Of a DNA stretch of 36,874 nucleotides, positions 1 through 8,132 are shown in pieces (position 1 is the stretch's first letter; the number at the start of each line of letters is the position of its first letter). The notes under the pieces are model-generated. The model was not told where the DNA came from, did not search any database, and saw only the letters and a program-made list of their open reading frames with translations. The stretch spans positions 1-36,874 of IMG/VR virus record IMGVR_UViG_3300025357_000024. One strand, given 5' to 3'. The DNA comes from a virus. Taxonomy: Duplodnaviria; Caudoviricetes. The position numbers and the translations under genes are program-made.

Positions 1-1641
1 ATATGCATTACCAGAAATACCTACATTATATGCATAACCATTAGAACTATTAGCCATTGCACCGGCATAGTTATTTGCACCAATACCAGTATTATATGCC
101 AGAGAGTTAGCAGAATTGGCCTTGTCAAAAGCCGCATTAGCAACATTATAAGATGCGGATTCATAAGTTCCAATACCATTGGCATAATCAAAGGCTGCAT
201 TTGCTAAAGTATATGCCGCATTGGCAGTATCATATACAATAGTTTCGTAAGCTGTTGTTTGTACCGTTGTATCGGCAAATTCTAAACCGCCTCCAGATAA
301 ACCTAATATACCATTATTTGTAAATGTCCATTGATATGACCCACCACTTGTTCTAAAGGTAAACTGATATGGTGCTGTAACTGACATTGATAGTGGATTA
401 TCTTCTGTGATAGTTCCACCAGAAGGGAAAGTAAGTGCGTTATTTGCTAAAGATGTCTTACCTGTATTAACCACATCAACAAAAAGATTTGAACTTCTGT
501 TCAATTGCATAATTACATTGTTAGCTTCATACCATTTGTAACCGGCATTGACATTAGCACCGTCTGAAATAGCATCAACACCAAACCAGATACTATCTGT
601 TTCTAGACCAAATGCATAATCATAATAAGGTCCGGCGTCTCTCTGTGGCCAGAATATGATTCTTTCACCTGAGGTGTTGGAAAGGTTTGGTGCAACAAGA
701 GGAACACTTTGAGAGAATATAAGTTGTGTACCATTTGAAACAACAGGCATTGCGGCATTTGCTTTATCAAAAGCCGCATTAGCAACATTATAAGATGCGG
801 ATTCATAAGTTCCAATACCATTGGCATAATCAAATGCCGCATTAGCAACCAAATATGCATCATTTGCCTTATTAAATGCCGGGGAGAAGTTTGTTACAAT
901 TCCAGTTAAAAATGCACCATTACCATAAAAGTATGAAGCAGTAACATTACTACTCACTAATACATTATTATTTGCATAAAGATTAATTATACCACTTGTA
1001 TCATCAAAATACATTGAAGTATTTGTTAAAACAACACCTGCTGTGTTATGATTTATATATACAAAGTTTGTATTTTCATAATTTAATTGTGCAAGATGTC
1101 CATTTTTTGCAAATACATCAATACTATTTGCTGCCCAAAACTGTCCAATGCCTGTATCGGTTGTATTGAAATATAATGGACCGGTCATAGTATCGCCGGT
1201 ACGAACAACAGCACCATTGGCGGTATCAAATGCAGAGTTTGCTACAACATACGCCGCATTAGCTTCATTATAAATTTCTGTAACGTCAACACCACCACCA
1301 ATAGCATTAGCAGCATTATACGCAGCATTAGCAACGTCATATGCAACTTTAAGATTGGCAGTAATTGTGAAAGCATCATTGATGAAATCTGGTGTTAGTT
1401 CTATGTTTTGACCAGCATTAATACTTAAAATAGCATTTTCAATAGCAGCAGTAAGGAATGTACCACCAACGTTTACCGTTGAATAGTTATTACCAGCGGA
1501 GATGTGTTTGATTGTATTAGAAGAATCTTTATAGTAAATACGACCATCAGCATAGTTGATGGCAATTTCACCATACTCCAGGTTTAATGGTGCTTCACTA
1601 GGTACTGAAGATTTTTTAAGTTTGATTACCGTGTTTGCCAT
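1..1641 (-). CDS. Tail fibre-like protein, runs off the window's left end (3' truncated); missing from the ORF track
   Basis: ATG at 1641 overlaps the upstream TAA (TAATG). My translation begins MANTVIKLKKSSVPSEAPLNLEYGEIAINYADGRIYYKD, an Mtd-N-like fibre N-terminus. ANAAFDKAN-type heptad repeats follow and the frame stays open to position 1. Confidence 0.8.
   Translation of the reverse strand, partial: MANTVIKLKKSSVPSEAPLNLEYGEIAINYADGRIYYKDSSNTIKHISAGNNYSTVNVGGTFLTAAIENAILSINAGQNIELTPDFINDAFTITANLKVAYDVANAAYNAANAIGGGVDVTEIYNEANAAYVVANSAFDTANGAVVRTGDTMTGPLYFNTTDTGIGQFWAANSIDVFAKNGHLAQLNYENTNFVYINHNTAGVVLTNTSMYFDDTSGIINLYANNNVLVSSNVTASYFYGNGAFLTGIVTNFSPAFNKANDAYLVANAAFDYANGIGTYESASYNVANAAFDKANAAMPVVSNGTQLIFSQSVPLVAPNLSNTSGERIIFWPQRDAGPYYDYAFGLETDSIWFGVDAISDGANVNAGYKWYEANNVIMQLNRSSNLFVDVVNTGKTSLANNALTFPSGGTITEDNPLSMSVTAPYQFTFRTSGGSYQWTFTNNGILGLSGGGLEFADTTVQTTAYETIVYDTANAAYTLANAAFDYANGIGTYESASYNVANAAFDKANSANSLAYNTGIGANNYAGAMANSSNGYAYNVGISGNAY
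125..834. repeat. Exact 68-bp direct repeat pair (125-192 and 767-834), offset 642 bp (214 codons)
   Basis: Both copies read tcaaaagccgcattagcaacattataagatgcggattcataagttccaataccattggcataatcaaa. Confidence 0.95.
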
Positions 1642-2204
1642 TAAAAGTCGTCATTCTTCTCTTCCGGTTGACTTTCTACCAATGGCAACACCACAGGAAC
1701 ACGTTCAACCTCGTCTGCTTTTTTTCTATTTATAACTTTTTTCGGAGGCGAAATTTGTTTTGAGAGATAGACGATTTCTGCTTCCTTTTCGGAAAGCTGG
1801 CTATTTTTTTGGTCTATTGTTTTATTCAATTCAGCAATTTGTCCATTAAGCCTATTTACTTCCGCTTTTGAACTTTCTAATTCACTACTTTTTGTTAATA
1901 ATGCCTGCTTTACTTCATTTAGCTGTCCAGTCAATGCATCCATATGCGATACTTTACTTTTTATCGCTTCATATGAGGCTTTTACATCGTTAGCCTCTTT
2001 TATATCTTTTGATAAATCCGCCGACGAATTTTGACATTCTTGTAATTGTTCCTGAAGAGAAGCAATTAAAGCCTCTCTTTCAGGAAGAATGTCTTTTGCA
2101 ATTTTGAGTTGTGTTCTTAATTGTAAAATGGTACCCAATTGTTCATGTAACATACCCATTGCATGGTCTACATAGGTATTAATGTATTTGTTTGCATCAC
2201 TCAT
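1641..2204 (-). CDS. Coiled-coil hypothetical protein within the fibre operon
   Basis: 187 aa with a heptad-rich L/Q/K/E pattern, a GGAG RBS, and translational coupling to the downstream fibre gene. Confidence 0.75.
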   Translation of the reverse strand: MSDANKYINTYVDHAMGMLHEQLGTILQLRTQLKIAKDILPEREALIASLQEQLQECQNSSADLSKDIKEANDVKASYEAIKSKVSHMDALTGQLNEVKQALLTKSSELESSKAEVNRLNGQIAELNKTIDQKNSQLSEKEAEIVYLSKQISPPKKVINRKKADEVERVPVVLPLVESQPEEKNDDF

Positions 2205-2225
2205 AATTTATTTCTCCAATTACAA

Positions 2226-3722
2226 TTAGAAAGTGCCTCCGTCGAGCATTCCAAATTGCGGAACACCAGAACCGTTTACTTGTAGAACATTACCTTCGCT
2301 ACCGGATGATGTAACAAGTAGACCATCTGTTCCGTTACCATATATAACACCGTTTGTGGTGAATGAACCTCGGCCAGTACCGCCATAGTTGACTAGTAAT
2401 GTACCAGTGTTCACATAAGATGCGTTAGCCGCATGAACGTCTGCTAAATTAGCAGTACCAAAGGCAGCATTTGCTACGGTATAACCAGCATTGGATGATG
2501 TATAGGCAGCATTTACGACAACATATGCAGCATTTACTGATGTATAGGCAGCATTTGTAACAACATAGTTGGCATTTGATGATGTATAAGCAGCATTGAC
2601 TACTGTAAATGCAGAATTTAATTTATCAAACGAAGAATTAGATACTACATAATTGGCATTTGCCATTGTATAGGCAGCATTAATAACATCAAATGCAGAA
2701 TTTGTTGCACCATAGGCGGCATTAGCTAAGTCGAATCCGGCATTAGCATTATCATAAGCAGAACTAATCCATACGATTGCATTGGCGCCGCCTAACCAGA
2801 GATTGCCTGTAACAAAATCGGCATTAAGAACGGCATTGACCATATTGTTGGCATATGGTGTTATTTCATTATCAAATAGAGGTTCTGCGTCATAACCTTG
2901 GAACAAGAACCATTCTTTAGAAGCATGGTCACGATAGAGACCAGTGTGGACGTTAGCAGCACCGTTGTTGTAGTTACCAACAAAACCAATATCAACAATG
3001 TCAGCAAGAACATTATTATTAGCAAGATAAATTAAGGAATCTTCAACATTCAATGATGCTGTATTGACTGTTGTTGTTTTACCAGTAACAGTTAGGTTAC
3101 CTGTAATGGCAACATCGCTTGTGATTGTCTGTGTCTCACCTGCTAAAGTTAGTTTAACAAATGTTACATTTGCCCATGAATTAGAATCATTTGCATAACC
3201 ATAAGCAGCATTTGCTACATCAAAATTAGCATTGGCCAGTGTATATGCTGCATTGGTGACATCAAAGTTAGCGTTAGCAAGTGTATAAGCAGCATTGGTT
3301 ACATCGTAGTTAGAATTAGCAAGACCGTATGCTGAGTTTGTAGTATCAAAAGCAATGTTTGTTACCGCATAATTGGCATTGGCCATTGTATAGGCAGCAT
3401 TTGTAACGTCAAAGTTAGCGTTAGCAAGTGTATATGCTGAATTTGTGGTATCAAATGTTAAGTTTAATAGATTGAAAATAGCATTAGCATCTGTGAAACC
3501 TGAGTTTGCCGCAGTGAAGGCAGCATTAGCAAGGTCAAAGATGGCATTCTGTTGATCGACGTAAAACTTACCACCGATGGTAATAACACCGGAACCGTCT
3601 GAGGTACCGAGAAATAATTTATCAGAAAGATAGGAATATGCTGGTTCCGCAGCATTTAATGATCCATCAACTGGTTTGATGTTGATACTGGATCTTTTAA
3701 TTTGAATTTTTGTGTTTGACAT
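2226..3722 (-). CDS. Tail fibre protein (Mtd-N-like N-terminus, 14-aa Asn/Ala repeats, C-terminal DGGTF)
   Basis: N-terminus KIQIKRSS...LNAAEPAYSYLSDKLFLG; repeats NAAYTLANANFDVT; fibre-type motif ITGNLTVTGKTTTVNTASLNVEDSLIYL; C-terminus MLDGGTF. Confidence 0.8.
   Translation of the reverse strand: MSNTKIQIKRSSINIKPVDGSLNAAEPAYSYLSDKLFLGTSDGSGVITIGGKFYVDQQNAIFDLANAAFTAANSGFTDANAIFNLLNLTFDTTNSAYTLANANFDVTNAAYTMANANYAVTNIAFDTTNSAYGLANSNYDVTNAAYTLANANFDVTNAAYTLANANFDVANAAYGYANDSNSWANVTFVKLTLAGETQTITSDVAITGNLTVTGKTTTVNTASLNVEDSLIYLANNNVLADIVDIGFVGNYNNGAANVHTGLYRDHASKEWFLFQGYDAEPLFDNEITPYANNMVNAVLNADFVTGNLWLGGANAIVWISSAYDNANAGFDLANAAYGATNSAFDVINAAYTMANANYVVSNSSFDKLNSAFTVVNAAYTSSNANYVVTNAAYTSVNAAYVVVNAAYTSSNAGYTVANAAFGTANLADVHAANASYVNTGTLLVNYGGTGRGSFTTNGVIYGNGTDGLLVTSSGSEGNVLQVNGSGVPQFGMLDGGTF
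3190..3480 (-). repeat. Degenerate 42-bp (14-aa) coding tandem repeats
   Basis: Units such as NAAYTLANANFDVT, NAAYTMANANYAVT and NSAYGLANSNYDVT. Confidence 0.8.
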
Positions 3723-3725
3723 GAC

Positions 3726-3938
3726 TTAGAATTCTCCTCCGTCTAAGATGGGCAAAGTTTCAATTACAAACTTTCCACTTTGCTCATCATAAACGACCGT
3801 CTCGTTATTTGCTATATGGCTGGCGTCAACGTCTTTAAGTTGAACAAGTTCTTGAACTCCTCCACCGCCACCTGCTCCATTAAAGGTATTTATCAAAATT
3901 CGGTTTTTAGGTGTTGTTGTTACTACTATTTTAGGCAT
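3726..3938 (-). CDS. Small virion/fibre-associated protein ending in DGGEF
   Basis: 70 aa with the LxxLxDVD fibre motif (LVQLKDVD), VVYDEQSGKF, and C-terminal ILDGGEF; tightly packed in the operon. Confidence 0.7.
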   Translation of the reverse strand: MPKIVVTTTPKNRILINTFNGAGGGGGVQELVQLKDVDASHIANNETVVYDEQSGKFVIETLPILDGGEF

Positions 3939-3942
3939 ATTT

Positions 3943-4284
3943 TTACCTTGTTATTGATGGTGTAACAAACATAATACCTTCGATAAGTCTGGATTTTAGT
4001 CCTGCAACTGTATCATAAACTTTAACATCGAAAAAATAAGTTCCTGCTGGTATATTTGCCGTATTAGCAGCATCCAATTCTACAAAAATTTCACCAGAAT
4101 TTGCCTGTGGTATGGTGCAGATTAAAGAGGCTGTAATGTTTTGAGAAAGATATGACTTTCTCATTTGACTGGTTACGATATAACCTGACAAATTTTGCGC
4201 CAAATTATTATCTTCACTGTTCATTTGAACGGTGACACTAAAATCTGTGCCTTGGTCCATAAAAAGTTCTACGTATTCGGACAT
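3943..4284 (-). CDS. Small virion structural protein (BppU-N-like Ig-fold fibre adaptor)
   Basis: Pattern DQGTDF...NLSGY...SQMRKSY...G.YFFDV...RLIEG...VTP is typical of small structural proteins beside fibres in T4-like phages. Confidence 0.7.
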   Translation of the reverse strand: MSEYVELFMDQGTDFSVTVQMNSEDNNLAQNLSGYIVTSQMRKSYLSQNITASLICTIPQANSGEIFVELDAANTANIPAGTYFFDVKVYDTVAGLKSRLIEGIMFVTPSITR

Positions 4285-4293
4285 CTTTTTTCC

Positions 4294-7149
4294 TTAACTT
4301 ACTGATGGTAAGAATGAACCATAAAGATAAGTGCCGTCACAAACAAAAGAGAAAACGTCATGTGCACCGGCATCGGTCGTTATTGTAGGAGCAACACCGC
4401 CTGGCCACTTATATGCACTAGAGAAATATAAATTGTGACTACCAACACCATCTTGGTAAACATGAAGTATGTATGTACCAACTTGTAGGTTTGAAGGATT
4501 CGCTAATGTTGCATCTCCAACCAAAGTAAGAGTTGCTATTGTTCCGAGTGCGGCATTCCAATTTGTTGTTACTCCATAAGACAATGTTTGTTGTAAAATA
4601 CTGGCACCGGCCAAGTTAATAGTGCCTGTAAATGTTGGACTTGCCGCAGGAGCAGCATTATTTGCTTTTGCAAAAGCAGCATTAGCAGTATTATATGCAG
4701 GTGCAATCTGTGGTGCTACGTTATTTGCTGCACCAAAAGCAGCATTTGCAACCGTGAACCCAGCATTTGCTACACCAAATAAAACGGATGTATTTGTCTG
4801 CGTAGCAAATACAGTATTGGCCCAGTTATTAGAAGATGCTCCAATCTGTATCGCATAACCATTTGCACCTGCTGATACGCCGTTTGCTTTGGCGAACGCC
4901 GCAGTAGTATTAGTTGAAACACCATTAGCAAAACCAAAGGCAGCATTAGCAACACCAAAGACGACATTATCTTGGTTAAAGGCAGCATTAGCAACACCAA
5001 AAGCAGCATTAGCAGTATTATATGCCGGTGCAATCTGAGGTGCTACGTTATTGGCAGTACCAAATGCGGCATTAATTACAGCAAATGCGGAATTTACAGC
5101 ATTATAAGTTAAATTAGAATGTCCAAAAGCAGCAGTTGTATTAGTTGCTACAGAAAGAACATCACCATTTGATGCTATGAAGGTTGTGTAAGCATTTAAT
5201 GTATTGCTTGTAAATGCCCAAGCATTTGATACTTCAACCCATGTAAGAGCAGCATTAGAGTTTTTGTTACCTCTATTAACAATGATACCTGCGTTTAGAA
5301 ATGGTGCAGAAGAACTTGGTAAGTTTGTATCAAGAACAATAGTATTATTTCCTACAAGGAAAGTATTTGTATTGGCATATGTGGTATTACCAGATATGGT
5401 TAAGTTGCCAGTAATGAATACATCACCTGAAATTGTTCCGCCTGCTTTAGCATAATATGTGGCCGCCGCATAGTTATTGGCACTAGTTCCGACTACGTTG
5501 GTATAAGCATTACCAGAAGCACCAACTACTATGGAATAGGCGTTTCCTGACGTTCCAACTACGTTGGAGTATGCATTACTAGAAGCACCAACAACAACTG
5601 CATAGGCATTACTAGAGGCACCAACAACAACTGCATAGGCATTACTAGAGGCACCAACTACGTTGGAGTATGCATTACTAGAAGCACCAACAACAACTGC
5701 ATAGGCATTACTAGAGGCACCAACTACTACGGAATAAGCATTGGCCGATGTTACCGATGTATTGGTATATGTTCTATCGGATGCTGATACCGTATTTGTA
5801 TAAGCATTACCAGAGGCACCAACTACTACGGAATAAGCATTGGCCGATATGCCTACTGCGTTGGTATAGGCATTTGAAGAATTAGCCGTCACACCTGCAT
5901 AATTATTTGCCGCAATAGCAGTATTTGCTAGATTGTTTGCTGTCGTATTTGCTTTATCAAATGAAGCATTTGTTGTATTAAAACATGCTTGGTTTGTTTG
6001 TATAGAAATAGCAGCATTACCTGTTAAAATCGTAACTTGTCCATTTACGTTATTTGCCAAAGTAAATGCTGATTGTGCTTTATCATCTACTCTTACAACA
6101 TAAGCATTAACACTGTTTGCCATAAAACCAGAATATGCATTTACAGAATTTGCCATAAATCCGGAATAGTTATTTGATGATGTTGTTGATAAGTTTATGT
6201 AAGCATTAACTGAAACTCCAATTAAATTCGAGTATGCATTAACGGATGTTCCTATAAGATTTGAGTAAGCATTTACTGATAATGCAGTTAGATTTGTATA
6301 ATTATTTCCAGATATACCTATCAAATTAGCATAGGCATTACCAGAAACACCAATAACATTGGAGTATGCATTACCAGAAACACCAACAACCAAAGTATAA
6401 GCATTACCGGATGAACCTACTAAATTAGCATAAGCATTACCAGAGGCATTCATAGCGGTTGCATAACTATTTGCTGATGAACCTACAACATTAGTATATG
6501 CATTAGATGCTGCTACAGAAACATTAGTATAGACGTTAGATGATAAAGCAACTAAGTTAGCATAGGTATTACCTGAGATTCCAACCACGTTGGCATAGGT
6601 ATTACCAGATGTGCCGACTAAGTTAGCATATGTATTGCCTGCTATTCCTACAAAGTTGGCATATGAGTTACCTGATATACCGACTAAATTGGCATAGGTA
6701 TTACCAGAGATACCGACTAAATTGGCATAATTATTAGTAGAAACAAAACCAACATTGGCATTATTATATGCTGAATTGGCAACAACATATGCAGAATTGA
6801 GCATACCCCATGCCGCATTAGTTGTGTTGTAATTGGAATTTGTTAGGTCATAAACCGAATTTACACGACCAAATGCTGAGTTTGTAAGGACATAGTTGGC
6901 ATTTGTTGAAGTATAGTTTGCATTTGCTACATTATAACAAGCATTTGTTGTATTGAAAGAAATGTTTGTTACAACATAGTTGGCATTTGCCATTGTATAT
7001 GCGGAATTTAAAACACCAAATGCAGTATTGATGGTCTGAAATTCCAAATTTTGTGTATCATTTAACTGGTTTGCGTAAATAATTATCTGGTTAGTTTTAG
7101 TAACCCAGGTTTGGAATGTATCAGTGAGGTTAACGTTTGCAATTCCCAT
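4294..7149 (-). CDS. Long tail fibre protein with 11-aa (hendecad) and heptad Asn/Ala repeats
   Basis: N-terminus DTFQTWVTKTN; extensive GASSNAYAVVV repeats; ISGDVFITGNLTISGNTT; C-terminal globular domain ...QDGVGSHNLYFSSAYKWPGGVAPTIT...DVFSFVCDG. Confidence 0.8.
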   Translation of the reverse strand: MGIANVNLTDTFQTWVTKTNQIIIYANQLNDTQNLEFQTINTAFGVLNSAYTMANANYVVTNISFNTTNACYNVANANYTSTNANYVLTNSAFGRVNSVYDLTNSNYNTTNAAWGMLNSAYVVANSAYNNANVGFVSTNNYANLVGISGNTYANLVGISGNSYANFVGIAGNTYANLVGTSGNTYANVVGISGNTYANLVALSSNVYTNVSVAASNAYTNVVGSSANSYATAMNASGNAYANLVGSSGNAYTLVVGVSGNAYSNVIGVSGNAYANLIGISGNNYTNLTALSVNAYSNLIGTSVNAYSNLIGVSVNAYINLSTTSSNNYSGFMANSVNAYSGFMANSVNAYVVRVDDKAQSAFTLANNVNGQVTILTGNAAISIQTNQACFNTTNASFDKANTTANNLANTAIAANNYAGVTANSSNAYTNAVGISANAYSVVVGASGNAYTNTVSASDRTYTNTSVTSANAYSVVVGASSNAYAVVVGASSNAYSNVVGASSNAYAVVVGASSNAYAVVVGASSNAYSNVVGTSGNAYSIVVGASGNAYTNVVGTSANNYAAATYYAKAGGTISGDVFITGNLTISGNTTYANTNTFLVGNNTIVLDTNLPSSSAPFLNAGIIVNRGNKNSNAALTWVEVSNAWAFTSNTLNAYTTFIASNGDVLSVATNTTAAFGHSNLTYNAVNSAFAVINAAFGTANNVAPQIAPAYNTANAAFGVANAAFNQDNVVFGVANAAFGFANGVSTNTTAAFAKANGVSAGANGYAIQIGASSNNWANTVFATQTNTSVLFGVANAGFTVANAAFGAANNVAPQIAPAYNTANAAFAKANNAAPAASPTFTGTINLAGASILQQTLSYGVTTNWNAALGTIATLTLVGDATLANPSNLQVGTYILHVYQDGVGSHNLYFSSAYKWPGGVAPTITTDAGAHDVFSFVCDGTYLYGSFLPSVS
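5480..5880 (-). repeat. 33-bp (11-aa) coding tandem repeats, near-identical core at about 5570-5725
   Basis: Unit gcattactagaggcaccaacaacaactgcatag is repeated with few substitutions. A similar 11-aa array lies at about 6200-6730. Confidence 0.85.
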
Positions 7150-7350
7150 TTACTTTACCAGTCCTTTTAGCAAATCTTTTATTTCTTGTAAATCGTTTTT
7201 AAGAGACGATACATCATCTTTTAATATATCAAGTTCTTTTTCTCTTTGTCTTCTAGCCTTATATGCTTCTAGAGATTTATTATCCTTATTTATAAGAAAT
7301 CCTTCGGGGGTTCTATAAACACCAGGTAAATCTGTTTTTGCGTCCGTCAT
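7150..7350 (-). CDS. Small coiled-coil virion protein typical downstream of the VrlC-like gene in T4-like phages
   Basis: GVYRTPEGFLINKDNKSLEAYKARR...LKNDLQEIKDLLKGLV; ATGA overlap with the upstream gene. Confidence 0.75.
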   Translation of the reverse strand: MTDAKTDLPGVYRTPEGFLINKDNKSLEAYKARRQREKELDILKDDVSSLKNDLQEIKDLLKGLVK

Positions 7351-8123
7351 CTAATACCTACTTTGGCAGTTAATAGATCCATGATGGCCTTGCGTTCATC
7401 AAAGTGTTCTACATCTTCCGGTCTATCGGTACAACCGTGGAATTCAATAACAAATTCTAATGCCTGAATCCACTTTTCTGCGATTTCTGGACTATAACCC
7501 ATAAGCCTCATCATTCTTTTACCTGTCTTGGCCACAAAATATGGTGGAAAGACAACACAACCTAGTGCTACATGATGGTCAGCAATTAATACATTTGAGT
7601 CGAATCCAAAACAAACAATAGGTTTTCTTGATACCACACAATTATCATAAATCTTTATGGAGTCATAGATGTCAGCATTACCAAATATTTTTCCGTGATT
7701 TAGAACCTCTGCATTGTTTCTGACCATCGCATTACCATAAACTTCCGCATTATCATATACCAAAGCATTATTTACAACTCTGGCATTTTCATATACTTTT
7801 GCATGACCACATACCCTGGCATTATCATATATCTGTGCCGTATCATATACTTCGGCATCACCATACACCCTTGCTGAACCATAAACTCTTGCACTACCAT
7901 ATACTTTGGCAAAATCGTTTATAACAGCCTTCTCGGTTACTCTTGCATTACCAAAAACTGCTGCATGAGGACCAACATAACATTCCGGATCAACATGTGC
8001 CGTCTCTGCTACCCATCCACCACCATTTACATGTTGATGGGCAGGAACTTTACCACGACCATCTTTGAAATCCACATTTATGATGTGGGTCATCATTTCA
8101 CTCATATCAAAAGTAAATTCCAT
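7347..8123 (-). CDS. Hexapeptide-repeat (left-handed beta-helix) protein
   Basis: About 20 hexapeptide units such as AKVYGS, ARVYGD, AEVYDT and ARVCGH; GAGG RBS. Confidence 0.85.
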   Translation of the reverse strand: MEFTFDMSEMMTHIINVDFKDGRGKVPAHQHVNGGGWVAETAHVDPECYVGPHAAVFGNARVTEKAVINDFAKVYGSARVYGSARVYGDAEVYDTAQIYDNARVCGHAKVYENARVVNNALVYDNAEVYGNAMVRNNAEVLNHGKIFGNADIYDSIKIYDNCVVSRKPIVCFGFDSNVLIADHHVALGCVVFPPYFVAKTGKRMMRLMGYSPEIAEKWIQALEFVIEFHGCTDRPEDVEHFDERKAIMDLLTAKVGIR

Positions 8124-8132
8124 TATAACCTC

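Noticed and set aside
1-3722. Diversity-generating retroelement (Mtd-like N-termini plus a repeat pair)
   Set aside because: There is no reverse transcriptase in the window, and the 68-bp copies are identical rather than differing at adenines.
5570-5725. 33-bp near-identical repeats as a CRISPR array
   Set aside because: The repeats are contiguous with no unique spacers and encode in-frame 11-aa units within a fibre gene.
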